36,815 nt of DNA from the NCBI GenBank assembly GCA_040256005.1, contig JBDZWC010000012.1, forward strand, positions 1-36,815, in the 5' to 3' direction. Below, one piece after another: positions 35,124 through 36,815 of the stretch. Source of the stretch: Deinococcaceae bacterium. GTDB lineage: Bacteria > Deinococcota > Deinococci > Deinococcales > Trueperaceae. Each line of letters opens with the position of its first letter. Position 1 is the stretch's first letter. The notes below the pieces were generated by a model, which had not been told where the DNA came from, made no database searches, and saw only the letters and a program-made list of their open reading frames with translations. The position numbers were made by a program, and so were the translations under genes.

Positions 35124-35606
35124 ATGGCCGCTGACCTGCGGACCTTCTACGGCCTGGTGAGGCGCACCCGGGCAGGCGTGCTCGATTGGCTCGAGACGAT
35201 GCCACCGGAGGTCCTCAACGCCGAGCGGCAGGACTTCGCCTTCGGGAGCCTGAGCCGGATCTTCAGTCACATCGCGGAGTGCTACCTGCTGTGGCTGTCA
35301 CGCGGCGGCGTCGGTACGCCCGAACCGGATCTCCACGCCAAGGACATCGACAGTCTGCGCGCGGCGTTCGCGCGTGTGGACGCCGCGGTGGAACGGGCGC
35401 TGAACACCTTCGATGCCTGGGACGAGCCGTTCGTCCACACCTTCTCGGACGGCTGGCAAGAGACCCTTACTCGGCGCTGGTTAATCCTCCATCCCATCAC
35501 ACACGAGTTCCACCACAAGGGCCGGGCGCTGGCGCTGGCCCGAGTGCTCGGCCACCCCCATCACGGCAGGCCGGACGCGGACCTGGTGACGCCCGGCAGC
35601 GTCTAG
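35124..35606 (+). CDS. DinB family protein
   Basis: HIAECY and HPITHEFHHKG metal-binding His triad; TAAGCT 8 nt upstream and no SD. Confidence 0.85.
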   Translation: MAADLRTFYGLVRRTRAGVLDWLETMPPEVLNAERQDFAFGSLSRIFSHIAECYLLWLSRGGVGTPEPDLHAKDIDSLRAAFARVDAAVERALNTFDAWDEPFVHTFSDGWQETLTRRWLILHPITHEFHHKGRALALARVLGHPHHGRPDADLVTPGSV

Positions 35607-35644
35607 AGCGGGCCGGGAAGTGGAACCGTTACGGTGGGTGGGGC

Positions 35645-36403
35645 CTACGGCTGCATGAGACTGAAGTACGCCATGGCCGGATCGCCCACCGCCGCGATGC
35701 GGCCGTAGGGAGTGTCGAACGGCCCGACCGCGACGGTGCCGCCGTGCTCCTTCGCACGAGCCACCGCTCCATCTATGTCATCGACCTGGAAGTAGGGCAT
35801 CCAGTGCGGTGGGATGCCAGCCCACTCCTTCGTCATCTGGAGTATCCCGGCGATGTTGTGGCCACCCTTGTCGAGCACGTAGTAAGTCGTGGCGGGGTTC
35901 GGGGTCTCGGAGTAGGTAGCCTCCAGCAACTGAGCGTAGAAGTCGCGAGCACGTGCTGCGTCCGTCGTGTTGACCTCGCACCAAGCGAAGAAGCCGGGGC
36001 TCTCCATGCGACCGAAGCCGTGGTGCTCGATCGCCTGCCACGCACCGAAGGCGGCGCCCGTGGGGTCTGCGATGACGGACATGCGGCCCTGCGAGGGCAC
36101 CTCGAACGGTTCGTTCAACACGTTGCCGCCCAGGTCGCGAGCGCGACGCGTGAAGTCATCCACGTCGTCGACGGCGAAGTACAGGGTCCATACCGGGGGA
36201 GCTCCGTCCTGCACTGGACCGACTCCTGCGGCCTGCTTCCCATCGCGGGTCGCGATGCGGTAACCGCCGAACTCCTCACCGGTAGCGCGGAACTGCCAGC
36301 CGAGTACCGCTCCGTAGAACCTCTCCGCCGCACCGACGTCCGTGGCTGCCAGGTCGGCCCAGCAGATGAACCCCTCGTCGATGCGTCCGTCGTGTCCCGG
36401 CAT
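35645..36403 (-). CDS. Two-domain VOC/glyoxalase family protein (CFP32-like)
   Basis: Two repeats (WADLAATD..AERFYGAVLGW and WCEVNTTD..ARDFY) with WTLYFAVDD and WMPYFQVDD. Confidence 0.9.
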   Translation of the reverse strand: MPGHDGRIDEGFICWADLAATDVGAAERFYGAVLGWQFRATGEEFGGYRIATRDGKQAAGVGPVQDGAPPVWTLYFAVDDVDDFTRRARDLGGNVLNEPFEVPSQGRMSVIADPTGAAFGAWQAIEHHGFGRMESPGFFAWCEVNTTDAARARDFYAQLLEATYSETPNPATTYYVLDKGGHNIAGILQMTKEWAGIPPHWMPYFQVDDIDGAVARAKEHGGTVAVGPFDTPYGRIAAVGDPAMAYFSLMQP

Positions 36404-36507
36404 GGTGACTCCTTCCGCGAACGTGCAAGTGGTGCGCCTGAAGCTCGTCGCCGCAGGCCCGTGGCGTGAGCGTCATCATGGAGCACCGCCAGCTTCGAGG
36501 AGGCGAC

Positions 36508-36815
36508 ATGACCGATAACAAGAAGACAGTGGCGCGCTACATAGAGGGCTTCAACCAGGGTGACCGCGAGAAGATCCTGTCCTGCCTCACCGAGGATGTC
36601 GAGTGGCTGATCCCCCGCTTCTTCCATGTCCACGGGAAGGTGGAGTTCGCCGGTCAGATCACCAACGACGCCTTCGTGGGGCTGCCCGACGTGAACATCG
36701 TCCGGCTGACAGAGGAGAACGACGTCGTCATCTGCGAGGGCACCGTCCGGGCGTCTCGGGCGGATGGAGGCGAGTTGGACGCGATGTTCTGCGACGTGTT
36801 CGAGATGCGCGGTGG
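36508..36815 (+). CDS. NTF2/SnoaL-like protein (3' truncated by the window)
   Basis: Translated by hand: MTDNKKTVARYIEGFNQGDREKILSCLTEDVEW...FCDVFEMRG; GAGGAGG SD. Confidence 0.8.
   Translation, partial: MTDNKKTVARYIEGFNQGDREKILSCLTEDVEWLIPRFFHVHGKVEFAGQITNDAFVGLPDVNIVRLTEENDVVICEGTVRASRADGGELDAMFCDVFEMRG

Noticed and set aside
1..36815. CRISPR arrays, tRNA/rRNA, transposases, integrases, prophage or defence genes
   Set aside because: No spaced repeats, cloverleafs or relevant protein motifs were seen; all long coding stretches are accounted for.

Overview
High-GC chromosomal window of nutrient uptake and catabolism genes. I found no rRNA, tRNA, CRISPR array, IS or phage genes. Signal peptides ending in A-Q, apparently leaderless genes (TAnnnT 6-8 nt before the start) and the DinB type suggest Deinococcota, possibly Trueperaceae (inference). 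From left to right: (1) a large IPT/TIG plus beta-helix lipoprotein missed by the ORF track, an APH-type kinase, a small lipoprotein and a PhnB/VOC protein; (2) an ectoine/hydroxyectoine uptake and catabolism cluster (ehuABCD, eutB, EutD/DoeA-like hydrolase) with a GntR-FCD regulator and a cystathionine gamma-synthase-family enzyme, but no eutE, aminotransferase or dehydrogenase in the window; (3) an atypical dapB; (4) a GntR-controlled operon with a RipB-like MaoC hydratase, a peptide-type ABC importer, a class III CoA-transferase, a non-canonical GGT-fold amidohydrolase and a CitE-like lyase; (5) a GlcNAc-oligomer operon (sugar ABC with a greatly expanded permease, GH3 NagZ, GH18) ending in a degenerate ROK repressor coupled to an HTH-less LacI sensor domain; (6) a structured intergenic sRNA candidate; (7) an NCS2 permease with a riboswitch-like leader, followed by DinB and a cytosine deaminase; (8) MFS, DinB, VOC and SnoaL genes. 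The strongest novelty candidates are the operon in (4), the NCS2 leader, the ectoine cluster variant and the ROK/LacI pair.
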